A DNA stretch of 38,802 nucleotides from Caldisphaera sp. (GTDB lineage Archaea; Thermoproteota; Thermoprotei_A; Sulfolobales; Acidilobaceae): assembly GCA_049971805.1 (NCBI GenBank), contig JBMFKU010000012.1, positions 1-38,802 of the forward strand, given 5' to 3'. Of this stretch, positions 20,015 to 29,207 are shown one piece after another. Both the position numbers and the translations under genes were made by a program. Every line of letters begins with the position of its first letter. Within the stretch, counting starts at the first letter, position 1. The notes under the pieces were generated by a model. The model worked only from the letters and a program-made list of their open reading frames with translations. It ran no database searches and was not told the DNA's origin.

Positions 20015-21149
20015 TTGAACCCCCCATTAATATATTGATTCCTTCTATTATAGATACAGCTGCTGCAGGTGTCAATGTGACTGAGTAAAAGCTGTAGAGT
20101 GTATGATTTCCTGCTGCATATACTAACCAAAAACCTAAAAATATAATGATATAAAATATTGCACCAGCATTGTAACAGAACTTCCTTTTATATAAAATAC
20201 AGGAAAGGAATATAGATACTGATGATACTAATGCTGGTATTTCAATAATGGGTGATGTTTCTGCAGCTAATATAGGAGAATATGACAAAACAAATGGATC
20301 GGAATTAATTAACCAACCACTTGGGTTGCTGGCTGGAGGTCCTGGAGGTCTGCTCTGCAAATCCCATCTATAACCACCTAGGGTTTGCTGAATAACATAG
20401 AGAGTTCCAAAATGGTAGAAGAGAGGTATATAAGTGATCAACATGATACCTATAATTATTATAATAGCCTCTAAAATTTTTTTAATGGATTCAATGCTTT
20501 TACCATATTTAGCTACTATAAGTATAATTAAGGCAAGAACTCCAAATAATCCTGTTTCCTTTGATGCAGATGCAAGACCTATGAATGCTGCAGATAATAA
20601 TAACTTCTGTCTAAATGCAAAAATCAAAGATATGGTTAAGAAAAAGGTTGCATATATATCTAATAGTGCAACAGAACCCATAACTATTAATATCTTATCT
20701 GAAGAAGCTATTAAGGCACTAAGTGCTCCTAAAAATATCCATTTAATTCCTTTATTCCAAGAAATGCCTAAATATAAAATTAAAGGGATAAGAGAAGCCA
20801 TAATTACACTTGGTATTCTCCAATTAATTGGTTTATCTCCAAGCAAAGCTATAGATGTAGCAATTATATATTTAGCTAAAGGAGGATGCTCAAAATTATA
20901 ATAGTTTGGCTGAGTTTCCCCACTATAAGGGTATAATGTTCCTTTATATCCAAATACATTAACCAAAATTCTTCTGGCACTATCTACATAATATATTTCA
21001 TCACTTATATACGAATTGTTATATCCTCCACCGCCTGTATATAATGCTATGTGATATGACGACATTCCTACCATTATAGAAACTGCTATTGAAGTGATTA
21101 AACCTATTATAAAGGCTATCTTTTCTTTTGCAGGTATTGAAACTTTCAA
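19980..21149 (-). CDS. GT-C protein glycosyltransferase (PMT/GT39-like)
   Basis: SDEIYYV after the first TM, EHPPLAKY, WRIP, LLD and multiple TM helices. Confidence 0.8.
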   Translation of the reverse strand: MKVSIPAKEKIAFIIGLITSIAVSIMVGMSSYHIALYTGGGGYNNSYISDEIYYVDSARRILVNVFGYKGTLYPYSGETQPNYYNFEHPPLAKYIIATSIALLGDKPINWRIPSVIMASLIPLILYLGISWNKGIKWIFLGALSALIASSDKILIVMGSVALLDIYATFFLTISLIFAFRQKLLLSAAFIGLASASKETGLFGVLALIILIVAKYGKSIESIKKILEAIIIIIGIMLITYIPLFYHFGTLYVIQQTLGGYRWDLQSRPPGPPASNPSGWLINSDPFVLSYSPILAAETSPIIEIPALVSSVSIFLSCILYKRKFCYNAGAIFYIIIFLGFWLVYAAGNHTLYSFYSVTLTPAAAVSIIEGINILMGGSNEANKNSNNTI

Positions 21150-21268
21150 GGTTTAACACCATTTTTATATTTCAGCCTAATTATTTTTTACTTTAACTTA
21201 TAGGCTATTTAAATTTTTACCTTTAATTCTAGCATATACTCTTATTTATCTAAATTATCTAAAAATTT

Positions 21269-22846
21269 GTGGTGGTTAAAATGGATGAAAATATCTATGT
21301 ATCAATAACTCCTGAAATAGCGCTAGACGAAATTTATGGGTATGCAGGAGGTCTTGGAATATTAGAAGGTGACAAATTTTATGCTGCAGCCTCAAGAAAT
21401 ATGAAGTACTATGAAATAACACTTCTTTATAAAAATGGCTATGTTGACTATGATTTTGATGCAAACGATAATATAATACTTAAGCCCCAATCTCAGCCAA
21501 TACCTTTAGAAGACATTTTAAGACCAGAAAAGGAATTTGAAATTACATTAAAAAGGCAGAAGATCAATGTGAGACCATGGATATATGAAAGGGGAAGATC
21601 CAAGGTAATATTTATTGAAGCTGAGTGCCCTAAATGGGTAAGAGGCTTTTGCAACAGGCTATACATAGAAAATAGCTATGAGGAAAAATTGTATAAATAC
21701 ATATTTTTAGCAAAGGCCTCTGCGTATTATATAAAGAATTATATTGGACTTGATAAAATTAAACATATAGATTTGCAAGAGGCTTATACTACATTACTTA
21801 TATTGGCATTACCAGAATATAAAAATTTCAGGTTCACAACTCATACTCCTGGACCATGGGGGCATCCAACTTTTCCAACACCTATATTATATGAAGAGTT
21901 TGAATTCAACTATCCCGAGGACTTTGTTACATTAACTAAAATTGGATTAGAAAAGGCTACAATTACATATACAGTTTCTGCTAAACACGAAGACATTACA
22001 AAAAAGTTATTTGAAGATTATAAAGATAAAATAACCCACATAACAAATGGAGTTAATCTAAACAGATGGGTACACCCTGCTATAAAGAATCTTATAGAAT
22101 CAAAAGGAATTGAAAACATAACAAAAGAAGAATTGTGGGAAGCACATCAAAAGGCTAAAAAAGATTTGATTTATTTATTGAAAAACTATAAGTTTAATAT
22201 AGACAATTTCTCAGAAAGACCCATTATTTTATATGCTAGAAGAATGACATCATATAAAAGACCTTATTTTATTGCAAATTTCATAGAAGAAAACAATTCT
22301 AATAAAGATACTCTGTTTGTTTTAGGAGGTAAAGCCCACCCTAACGATAAGGAAGGATTAGAACTAGTTAAACAATTTAGGAAGCTATCTAAAAAATATG
22401 ATAACGTTATTTTTATACATGATTATGATGCTATCAAAGCCAAGTTATTAGTTTCAGGTACTGATATACAAACATTTACAGCATTTTCTGGCTGGGAGGC
22501 TTGTGGTACATCATATATGAAATCTCTTGCTAATGGAGTCCCAGTAATAGGCTCAAAGGATGGAGGTGCATTAGAAGTAATAAAACATGAAGAGAACGGA
22601 TGGCTATTTGGAGAAGATATAAGAGATTTAATAAACTTCTATACAGATCCTAAGGCAAAGGAAATTGATGAAAAGGATTATAAAGAATTTTCATCGTATT
22701 TAGAAAAAGCAATAAAAATCTATGGAAGCGATGAATACAAACAAATGGAACTAAATGCAATAAAAATTTCCTATAACTTAGTTGATATAAATAATGTTCT
22801 AGATAAATTATATTTTGAAAAAGAAAATACTAAAGAAAAACCTTAA
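21269..22846 (+). CDS. glgP: Alpha-glucan (glycogen/maltodextrin) phosphorylase, short archaeal form
   Basis: YAGGLG, FTTHTP, ITNGV, ARRMTSYKR, GKAHP and EACGTSYMK (PLP Lys). Confidence 0.9.
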   Translation: MVVKMDENIYVSITPEIALDEIYGYAGGLGILEGDKFYAAASRNMKYYEITLLYKNGYVDYDFDANDNIILKPQSQPIPLEDILRPEKEFEITLKRQKINVRPWIYERGRSKVIFIEAECPKWVRGFCNRLYIENSYEEKLYKYIFLAKASAYYIKNYIGLDKIKHIDLQEAYTTLLILALPEYKNFRFTTHTPGPWGHPTFPTPILYEEFEFNYPEDFVTLTKIGLEKATITYTVSAKHEDITKKLFEDYKDKITHITNGVNLNRWVHPAIKNLIESKGIENITKEELWEAHQKAKKDLIYLLKNYKFNIDNFSERPIILYARRMTSYKRPYFIANFIEENNSNKDTLFVLGGKAHPNDKEGLELVKQFRKLSKKYDNVIFIHDYDAIKAKLLVSGTDIQTFTAFSGWEACGTSYMKSLANGVPVIGSKDGGALEVIKHEENGWLFGEDIRDLINFYTDPKAKEIDEKDYKEFSSYLEKAIKIYGSDEYKQMELNAIKISYNLVDINNVLDKLYFEKENTKEKP

Positions 22847-23651
22847 TTCTTTCTGCTAATTTGCTTGCAGCTTTAAAGAAGCTCGGTCCATAGTGGGCTA
22901 GGCTATCATATTCCATTATAACTATTCTGTTATTTTTTATTGCATCTAAATCACCTAAGCCCCTCTTTTCAAAATTTTTTGAAACTTTCTCTGGCGTAGC
23001 ATTTTCTCCTAGTTTTTGCTCATATACCATTATGTCTGGATTAAATTCTTTGATTTTAGATATGTCTGGATTAATCACGTAAGGTGTTCTCTCTTTCTCA
23101 AATGCATGAGAAATACCCATATAACTAAATGCATCACCAATATAACTATAGGCTCCTACGCTAACAGGACCTCCAAGATCTATCTCATAATAAATTTTAG
23201 CACCCTTTAATATATTGTATAATTTTACAACCTGTTCATTTAGTTCATGAGCTAAACCTCTAGCAGATTCCATCTCATTTATTATCATGCCAGTTATAAT
23301 AACATTATCTAATATTCCATAAATGTTCACAGGCAAAGGTATAGGATAAACCTTATACCCTTTTGATTCTAATTCAGCTATTTTATCTCTTTGCGCTCCA
23401 GTTGTTACTAAAAGCAAATCTGGTTGTAGCTTTTCTAGCAAATTATAATTTACATTTAAGTAAGCACCCACTCTAGGTTTTTTATTTACTTCTGAAGGTT
23501 TATCGCAAAAGAAACTTACTCCAACAACTCTTTCTCCTGCCCCTATTAAATATAACGTCTCAGTAATTGCTGGAGCTAGGCTTACTATTTTTTCTGGATA
23601 ATCCTTTATTTCTATTTCCTTGCTTAATATTTCTGAATAAAGCTTAACCAT
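22830..23651 (-). CDS. BtuF-like cobalamin/Fe-siderophore-binding fold protein with no signal peptide
   Basis: PEKIVSLAPAITETL..IGAG.RVVGVS, LQPDL, NPD and AIKNNRI. Confidence 0.8.
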   Translation of the reverse strand: MVKLYSEILSKEIEIKDYPEKIVSLAPAITETLYLIGAGERVVGVSFFCDKPSEVNKKPRVGAYLNVNYNLLEKLQPDLLLVTTGAQRDKIAELESKGYKVYPIPLPVNIYGILDNVIITGMIINEMESARGLAHELNEQVVKLYNILKGAKIYYEIDLGGPVSVGAYSYIGDAFSYMGISHAFEKERTPYVINPDISKIKEFNPDIMVYEQKLGENATPEKVSKNFEKRGLGDLDAIKNNRIVIMEYDSLAHYGPSFFKAASKLAERIKVFL

Positions 23652-23781
23652 TAGTTAAGCACCATTCAACTTATTGCTAATAACAAGGTTTTTATATCTA
23701 TCTTTCTTTATCACCTTATTTGCTAATTACCTCTATAATTGATTTGCTTACCATTTAGACTATGATGAAAAACCTTTTGAT

Positions 23782-24703
23782 AAAATAAACATAAAACCTT
23801 CTCTTTTAAGTTGGTAATGCATTTAAGGTTTTTTTAAGTAAAACATGGGATTATATGCTTCCCTCAGGCATTGCAAGAGTAATAATAATCAGCTCCTGCT
23901 CCTTATCCTTATTAGGTTGACCTGAAGGAATTTATGAAGTTAATTATGAAAAAAATAAGAACAAATGTTGTTTTCCTCCTTAAAAAAAGAGGTTGAGGAC
24001 CTTATCAAATATTTCATCAAATTTAACGAGAATGAAAGAAGATAAAAGTTCTTTAAGGAAGGTAAAGTAGGTTTTAAAAATTTTATATAAAGGGATTAGA
24101 GCTAAGGAAGACTTCTTTTATTTACAAAAGAAAATTTCTGAAATGCAGTCTTTAAAAGATAAGGCAAGAAATGTTAATGAGCATGAGGCTTATTTAGAGG
24201 CAAATAAAGAAAAGAGGAAAATTGTTTAAAAAGTTGTATAACTGTTTCTTCAAATATATAGAAACTTTTCATCTATTGAATAATGATCTAGGTGTTTCAA
24301 CTGTTTATCTGGGATACCCTTTTAACATTATATAAGATAAAGAAAACAAGTTTACTGTAAACATGTAGTCTTATAGAAAACTCATGAAAGCCATTGAATC
24401 AAAAGCAAAAGAATATGGGATAAAGGTATACGAAATTGTTGAAAATAATACATTAAGATATTATGCTTTACACAATATAGAAATAAAAAGAAAAACTTAG
24501 AAGTGTTATAACTTGTCCATTAAATCATAAATTGCATTCAGATCTAAATGGAGCATTAAATATAATGAAAAAAGGAGAAAAAGTTATAGTAAGAAATGTA
24601 AAGAAACCAATATCTTATATGGTATTTCATAACAAAGTAGCTCCCATAGGTAACCCTCAAGAGCTAGGAAACCCTCACCCTGAAGAGCAAAGAGAGAGGT
24701 CAG
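23782..24703 (+). mobile_element. Decayed IS200/IS605-family element carrying tnpB remnants
   Basis: Left end matches the copies at 1-65 and 36961-37025. The right end ...GAGAGAGGTCAG matches the reverse complement of 36737-36795. TGAT flank at 23778-23781. Confidence 0.85.
23946..24660 (+). pseudogene. tnpB: TnpB pseudogene with deletions, stops and frameshifts
   Basis: Fragments MKKIRTNVV; KEDFFYLQKKI; LGVSTVYLGYPFNII*DKENKFTVNM*SYRKLMKAIESKAKEYGIKVYE; HSDLNGALNI (RuvC III). Confidence 0.88.
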
Positions 24704-24841
24704 ATTTACAATTTATACTTTGTTAATATATTACTAGAAATTTAAGTTTCATAGTTTCCATCATTGATAAAAAATATATATAGCGATTACACATAATTAT
24801 AAAAGTTTTCTGTATTACCACCAAATAAATGGGGAAGGCCA

Positions 24842-26542
24842 ATGCCAAGCTTGTATGATAAAAAAAGTCTAAAAGAAATTAAGGAATCTTTGGATAGGTG
24901 GGAAAAAGATGTTTTACCAGTATGGACAAATCAAACGCCAGAAAGAGAAAAAGAATTTACTACATTAAGCGATATATTAATTAAAGAATTATATACACCA
25001 ATTGATTTAGAAAACTTTGATTATAACGAAAAACTTGGTTTTCCTGGAGTATATCCATATACTAGAGGAATACATGCTACAATGTATAGAGCTAGACTGT
25101 GGACTATGAGAATGTTTAGCGGATTTGGAGGACCAGAAGAAACTAACAAAAGATTGAAATTTTTAATTGAACATGGAGAAACAGGTTTAAGTCTAGCTTT
25201 TGATTATCCAACATTGATTGGTATAGATCCCGATGATTCGATGGCTAAAGGAGAAGTTGGTATTGTTGGGGTAAGCGTACCTACCATAGAGGATATGAAA
25301 ATAATCTTTAATGGAATAAATATGGGAGAAGTTACAACAAACATGACCATTAATCCACCAGCTCCTGTTCTGCTTAGTTTTTATGTAGCAACTGCGGAAG
25401 AGCAAGGCGTAAATTATAACAAGATAGGTGGAACCACACAAAACGATCCTTTGAAAGAATTTATTGCACAAAAGAGCTATGTATTTCCACCAGAGCCTGC
25501 AGTAAGAGTAAGTATGGATCTGATTGAATGGAGCGTTAAAAACCTGCCTAAATGGAATCCCATAAGTATAAGCGGTTATCATATTAGAGAAGCTGGGTCT
25601 ACAGCAGTTCAAGAATTGGCTTTTACAATCGCCGATGGAATAGAGTATGTTAGGCAATTAAAAGCAAGAGGCTTGGATGTTGATGATTTTGCGCCTAGAT
25701 TAAGCTTCTTTTGGGATTCCCATATAAATTTCTTTGAAGAAATAGCTAAATTTAGAGCTGCAAGAAGAATGTGGGCAAAAATTATGAAAGAATGGTTCAA
25801 TGCCAAAAAACCAAGAAGCATGTGGATGAGATTCCATACACAAACAGCAGGTGTATCGTTAACAGCTCAGCAGCCATGGAACAACATAATAAGGACTACT
25901 ATAGAAGCAATGGCAGCAGTTCTTGGAGGCACGCAGAGTTTGCATACAAATAGCTTTGATGAGCCCTTTAGAGTACCAAGCGAATTTGCAGCAAAAATTG
26001 CTCTAAGAACCCAGCAAATAATAGCATACGAATCAGGTATAACAGATACCATAGATCCTCTTGCAGGCAGCTATTATGTTGAATGGTTAACAGATGAGGT
26101 AGAAAAAAGAGCATGGGATTATATTGATAGAATAGAAAAATTGGGTGGTATGTTGGAGGCTGTTAAAAAAGGATATCCGCAAAGAGAACTTACTGAAGCA
26201 AGCTATAATTATCAAAAATATGTTGAAGATAAGAAAAAATACATAGTAGGAGTTAATATATTTGAAGATAATCAAATAGATGAGATAAGGAATGTACCTT
26301 TATTAGAGTATGACCAAGAAAGCATAGAAAAAAGACAGAAGGAAAGATTATCAAAAATAAGAAGCAATAGAAATAAGGAATTTTGGGAAAGATCGTTAGA
26401 TGAGCTAAGAAAAGCTGCAGAAAAAAATGAAAATGTTATGCCATACATATTACAAGCAGCAAAAGCTAGAGCAACCTTGGGAGAAATAATGAATACATTA
26501 AAAGAGGTGTTTGGTACTTATGTTGAACCTCCAATTTACTAA
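24842..26542 (+). CDS. AdoCbl-dependent acyl-CoA mutase large subunit with ICM-type signature
   Basis: [42 protein letters not shown] and [14 protein letters not shown]92/Q210 at the specificity positions. Confidence 0.93.
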   Translation: MPSLYDKKSLKEIKESLDRWEKDVLPVWTNQTPEREKEFTTLSDILIKELYTPIDLENFDYNEKLGFPGVYPYTRGIHATMYRARLWTMRMFSGFGGPEETNKRLKFLIEHGETGLSLAFDYPTLIGIDPDDSMAKGEVGIVGVSVPTIEDMKIIFNGINMGEVTTNMTINPPAPVLLSFYVATAEEQGVNYNKIGGTTQNDPLKEFIAQKSYVFPPEPAVRVSMDLIEWSVKNLPKWNPISISGYHIREAGSTAVQELAFTIADGIEYVRQLKARGLDVDDFAPRLSFFWDSHINFFEEIAKFRAARRMWAKIMKEWFNAKKPRSMWMRFHTQTAGVSLTAQQPWNNIIRTTIEAMAAVLGGTQSLHTNSFDEPFRVPSEFAAKIALRTQQIIAYESGITDTIDPLAGSYYVEWLTDEVEKRAWDYIDRIEKLGGMLEAVKKGYPQRELTEASYNYQKYVEDKKKYIVGVNIFEDNQIDEIRNVPLLEYDQESIEKRQKERLSKIRSNRNKEFWERSLDELRKAAEKNENVMPYILQAAKARATLGEIMNTLKEVFGTYVEPPIY

Positions 26543-26966
26543 GGAAAAACAATACAAAGTACTAGTAGCAAAGCTTGGAATAGATGGCCATGACAGGGGA
26601 GCAAAAGTTATAGCAAGAGCACTAAAAGATGCAGGATTTGAAGTTATTTACACTGGTATAAGACAGACACCAGAGCAAATAGTGTCTGCTGCATTACAGG
26701 AAGATGTTGATGTAATAGGTATAAGTATATTAAGTGGTGCACACATACATCATATGAAAATATTAATGGAAGAATTAAAAAATGCCAATGCAGAAGACAT
26801 ACCAGTTGTTCTAGGAGGCACAATACCAATAATAGACATTGATCAACTTAAGAAAATTGGTGTTAGAGAGATTTTTTTACCTGGAGATAGCTTAAAAAAA
26901 ATAGCAGATATAGTTAGAGAGCTAGCAGAAGAAAAAAGAAGGAAGGAAGGAAGATATAGAGGTTGA
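26520..26966 (+). CDS. Cobalamin-binding small subunit of the mutase (ATG at 26520; ORF open from 26511)
   Basis: [10 protein letters not shown] (DxHxxG), SILSGAH and GG motifs. GAGGTG SD upstream. Confidence 0.93.
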   Translation: MLNLQFTKEKQYKVLVAKLGIDGHDRGAKVIARALKDAGFEVIYTGIRQTPEQIVSAALQEDVDVIGISILSGAHIHHMKILMEELKNANAEDIPVVLGGTIPIIDIDQLKKIGVREIFLPGDSLKKIADIVRELAEEKRRKEGRYRG

Positions 26967-26972
26967 AGCTTT

Positions 26973-27983
26973 TTGTCAAGCGTTTCACAATTAAACATAG
27001 ATGATTTATTGGATAAAGCATCTAATGGTAATATAAGAGCAATAGGCAGGCTATTAAGCTTTTTAGAAGATCCATATACAATGCCTGAAGGGCTTCTAGA
27101 AAAATTAGCCAAGAGAACTGGAAAAGCACAAGTTATAGGAGTTACAGGAATTCCGGGATCTGGTAAAAGCACATTAATTTCTAGACTAATAACCAATTTA
27201 AGAAGAAAAGGATACAAGGTTGCAATAATAGCAATAGATCCAAGCAGCCCTATAAGTGGAGGTGCATTACTAGGAGATAGGCTAAGAATGCAAGAACATG
27301 CTACAGATCCAGGAGTTTTCATAAGAAGCGTTTCGTCTAAAGGCTTAAAGGGAGGATTAAGCCTTGCCGCACTAACAATGATTGAAGCATTTGATGCATT
27401 TGGTTATGATAAAATTATAATAGAAACTGTTGGTGTTGGGCAATCAGAGGTTGATATTATGAGTGTTGCCCATACAATAGTTGTGGTAACTATGCCTGGT
27501 GCTGGAGATGATATACAAGCACTTAAAGCGGGGGTTATGGAAATAGGAGATATCTATGTGTTAAATAAAGAAGATAAAGAGGAAGCTAACAAAACGTTTG
27601 AATATCTTTCCTTCGCATTGGAAAAAGGAGATGTTGGTAAGAGAGATTCATCATGGAATCCAAAACTTATAAAAACTAGTGCAATTATGGGTAGAGGAAT
27701 TGACGACTTAGTTCAGGCAATAGATGAGCACTACGAATATATAAAATCATCTGAAAAACTTTTCAATAAAGCTATAACTAGGAGAATATTGATGATTAAG
27801 CTATTGGCAGAACAACTATTAGTTGAAAGTATTAAAAGGGCATCAACAAGAACTGAGCAGGAATTAGAAAATGCGGCTAAAGATTCTTCGGAAATTTTCA
27901 ATAAATCTGTTGAGTTAGCAAAAGAAGCATGTAACGAAATAAATAATTTAGTTAAGATTAGCCCAGAACTTAGCAAAAAATAA
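26973..27983 (+). CDS. meaB: MeaB/ArgK GTPase chaperone
   Basis: TGIPGSGKST, DPSSPISGGALLGDRLRM, ETVGVGQSE and GDDIQALKAG. Confidence 0.95.
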   Translation: MSSVSQLNIDDLLDKASNGNIRAIGRLLSFLEDPYTMPEGLLEKLAKRTGKAQVIGVTGIPGSGKSTLISRLITNLRRKGYKVAIIAIDPSSPISGGALLGDRLRMQEHATDPGVFIRSVSSKGLKGGLSLAALTMIEAFDAFGYDKIIIETVGVGQSEVDIMSVAHTIVVVTMPGAGDDIQALKAGVMEIGDIYVLNKEDKEEANKTFEYLSFALEKGDVGKRDSSWNPKLIKTSAIMGRGIDDLVQAIDEHYEYIKSSEKLFNKAITRRILMIKLLAEQLLVESIKRASTRTEQELENAAKDSSEIFNKSVELAKEACNEINNLVKISPELSKK

Positions 27984-27988
27984 TTAAT

Positions 27989-28336
27989 TTATAATAGCAA
28001 ATTCATATTATATATTCTTTCCATAAGATCAACTATAGCTTCATCTGCTGCATTTAACGCCCTAATAATTTGATTTGAATCATTTATTTTTAATACTGAT
28101 AGTTCCAAACCCTCTATCCTTCTATAGAGTCTTATATAATCCTCTCCAAACAATTGCTTTGGTATAGAAATTAATAATGCCTTAATACTAGAGATGTAAT
28201 TTTTTAGTGTAATATAAACCTTTTCCAAATCTAGTTCACTGTTGGATAGATTTATTCTAGATCTTAATTCTATTATATTTTTTACTTGAGGTATTACAAC
28301 GACTTTTATGAACTCATCACTTAGTTCTTTTGCCAA
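27989..28336 (-). CDS. Hypothetical helical protein
   Basis: 115-aa ORF filling the intergenic space with typical composition. Confidence 0.6.
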   Translation of the reverse strand: MAKELSDEFIKVVVIPQVKNIIELRSRINLSNSELDLEKVYITLKNYISSIKALLISIPKQLFGEDYIRLYRRIEGLELSVLKINDSNQIIRALNAADEAIVDLMERIYNMNLLL

Positions 28337-28373
28337 TTATTCTCACAACCACCTTTAATTCTTATTCGCTAGG

Positions 28374-28418
28374 TAATTAATTTTATTATAATTAATTTTA
28401 TTATAATTAATTTTATTA
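28374..28418. repeat. Perfect tandem repeat, 3 x TAATTAATTTTATTA
   Basis: Exact copies at 28374-28388, 28389-28403 and 28404-28418. Confidence 0.9.
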
Positions 28419-28459
28419 AGCTATCTTTATTAGGGAAAATAAATACGCGTTGCAATTAG

Positions 28460-28735
28460 GTGAAAAGTTTGAGTGAACAAAGAAAAGCTCAAGAAAAGCA
28501 AGGACAACATGAATCATCTATAACTGAAGAACTAGGTTTTCCAGCAGAAGTAATTCAACTTATCGGAAGAACTGGTGTAGCTGGTGAAGTAACACAGGTC
28601 AGAGTTAGAATATTAGAAGGCAAGGATAAGGGCAGAATTATTACAAGAAATGTTATGGGTGCCGTTAGAATAGGGGACGTAGTAATTTTAAGAGAAACAG
28701 AAAGAGAGGCTAGAAAGCTTACAAGAAAGAGGTAA
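28460..28735 (+). CDS. rps28e: 30S ribosomal protein S28e (start possibly TTG at 28469)
   Basis: [31 protein letters not shown] and ETEREAR. Confidence 0.96.
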   Translation: MKSLSEQRKAQEKQGQHESSITEELGFPAEVIQLIGRTGVAGEVTQVRVRILEGKDKGRIITRNVMGAVRIGDVVILRETEREARKLTRKR

Positions 28736-28744
28736 ATTAATTAT

Positions 28745-29200
28745 ATGAATTTTATCTTAAACAGCATTTTAATTATAATAATATCCATTATAATTTCAAG
28801 CCTTATAGGTTATTTTGTTGGAATTTATTCTTCAAAAAATTTTTTAAAAAAATATAAATTGATATTAAAAATAAAACAAAAAAACAATACAAAAATTAGA
28901 AAACGCTATATAGTTTTTGAAATATTATCAACAAATCCAATTGATATAGGTTTGTTAGAAAGTACAATAATAGAGAAATTTAAAGAGCTCTATGGAACTA
29001 CTATTCTTTCAGATTCTTATATTAAATTGATAGGCTTTAATGAAGAATCAAAAAGAGGTATTATACGTATTAGATCTGAATATGTTAATAATTTAATTGC
29101 AACAATAAGTCTTATAAGAAAAATCGGCAAAGATGATCTAATAATAATTCCAGTAAGAGCAAGCGGCACAATAAAAAAGGCTAAGAAATTTATACTTTAA
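28745..29200 (+). CDS. rnp2: RNase P protein Pop5/Rpp14 with an N-terminal hydrophobic helix
   Basis: RKRYIVFEI, ELYG, GIIR and SGTIKKA. Confidence 0.85.
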   Translation: MNFILNSILIIIISIIISSLIGYFVGIYSSKNFLKKYKLILKIKQKNNTKIRKRYIVFEILSTNPIDIGLLESTIIEKFKELYGTTILSDSYIKLIGFNEESKRGIIRIRSEYVNNLIATISLIRKIGKDDLIIIPVRASGTIKKAKKFIL

Positions 29201-29207
29201 CAGTTTT

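Noticed and set aside
23762-23781. ATGATGA as the C box of an sRNA
   Set aside because: No properly spaced CTGA boxes; it abuts the IS boundary.
24532-24726. 64-aa ORF as an independent gene
   Set aside because: It is the C-terminal fragment of the tnpB pseudogene.
28374-28418. Possible mini-CRISPR array
   Set aside because: The repeats abut with no spacers, and no cas genes are in the window.
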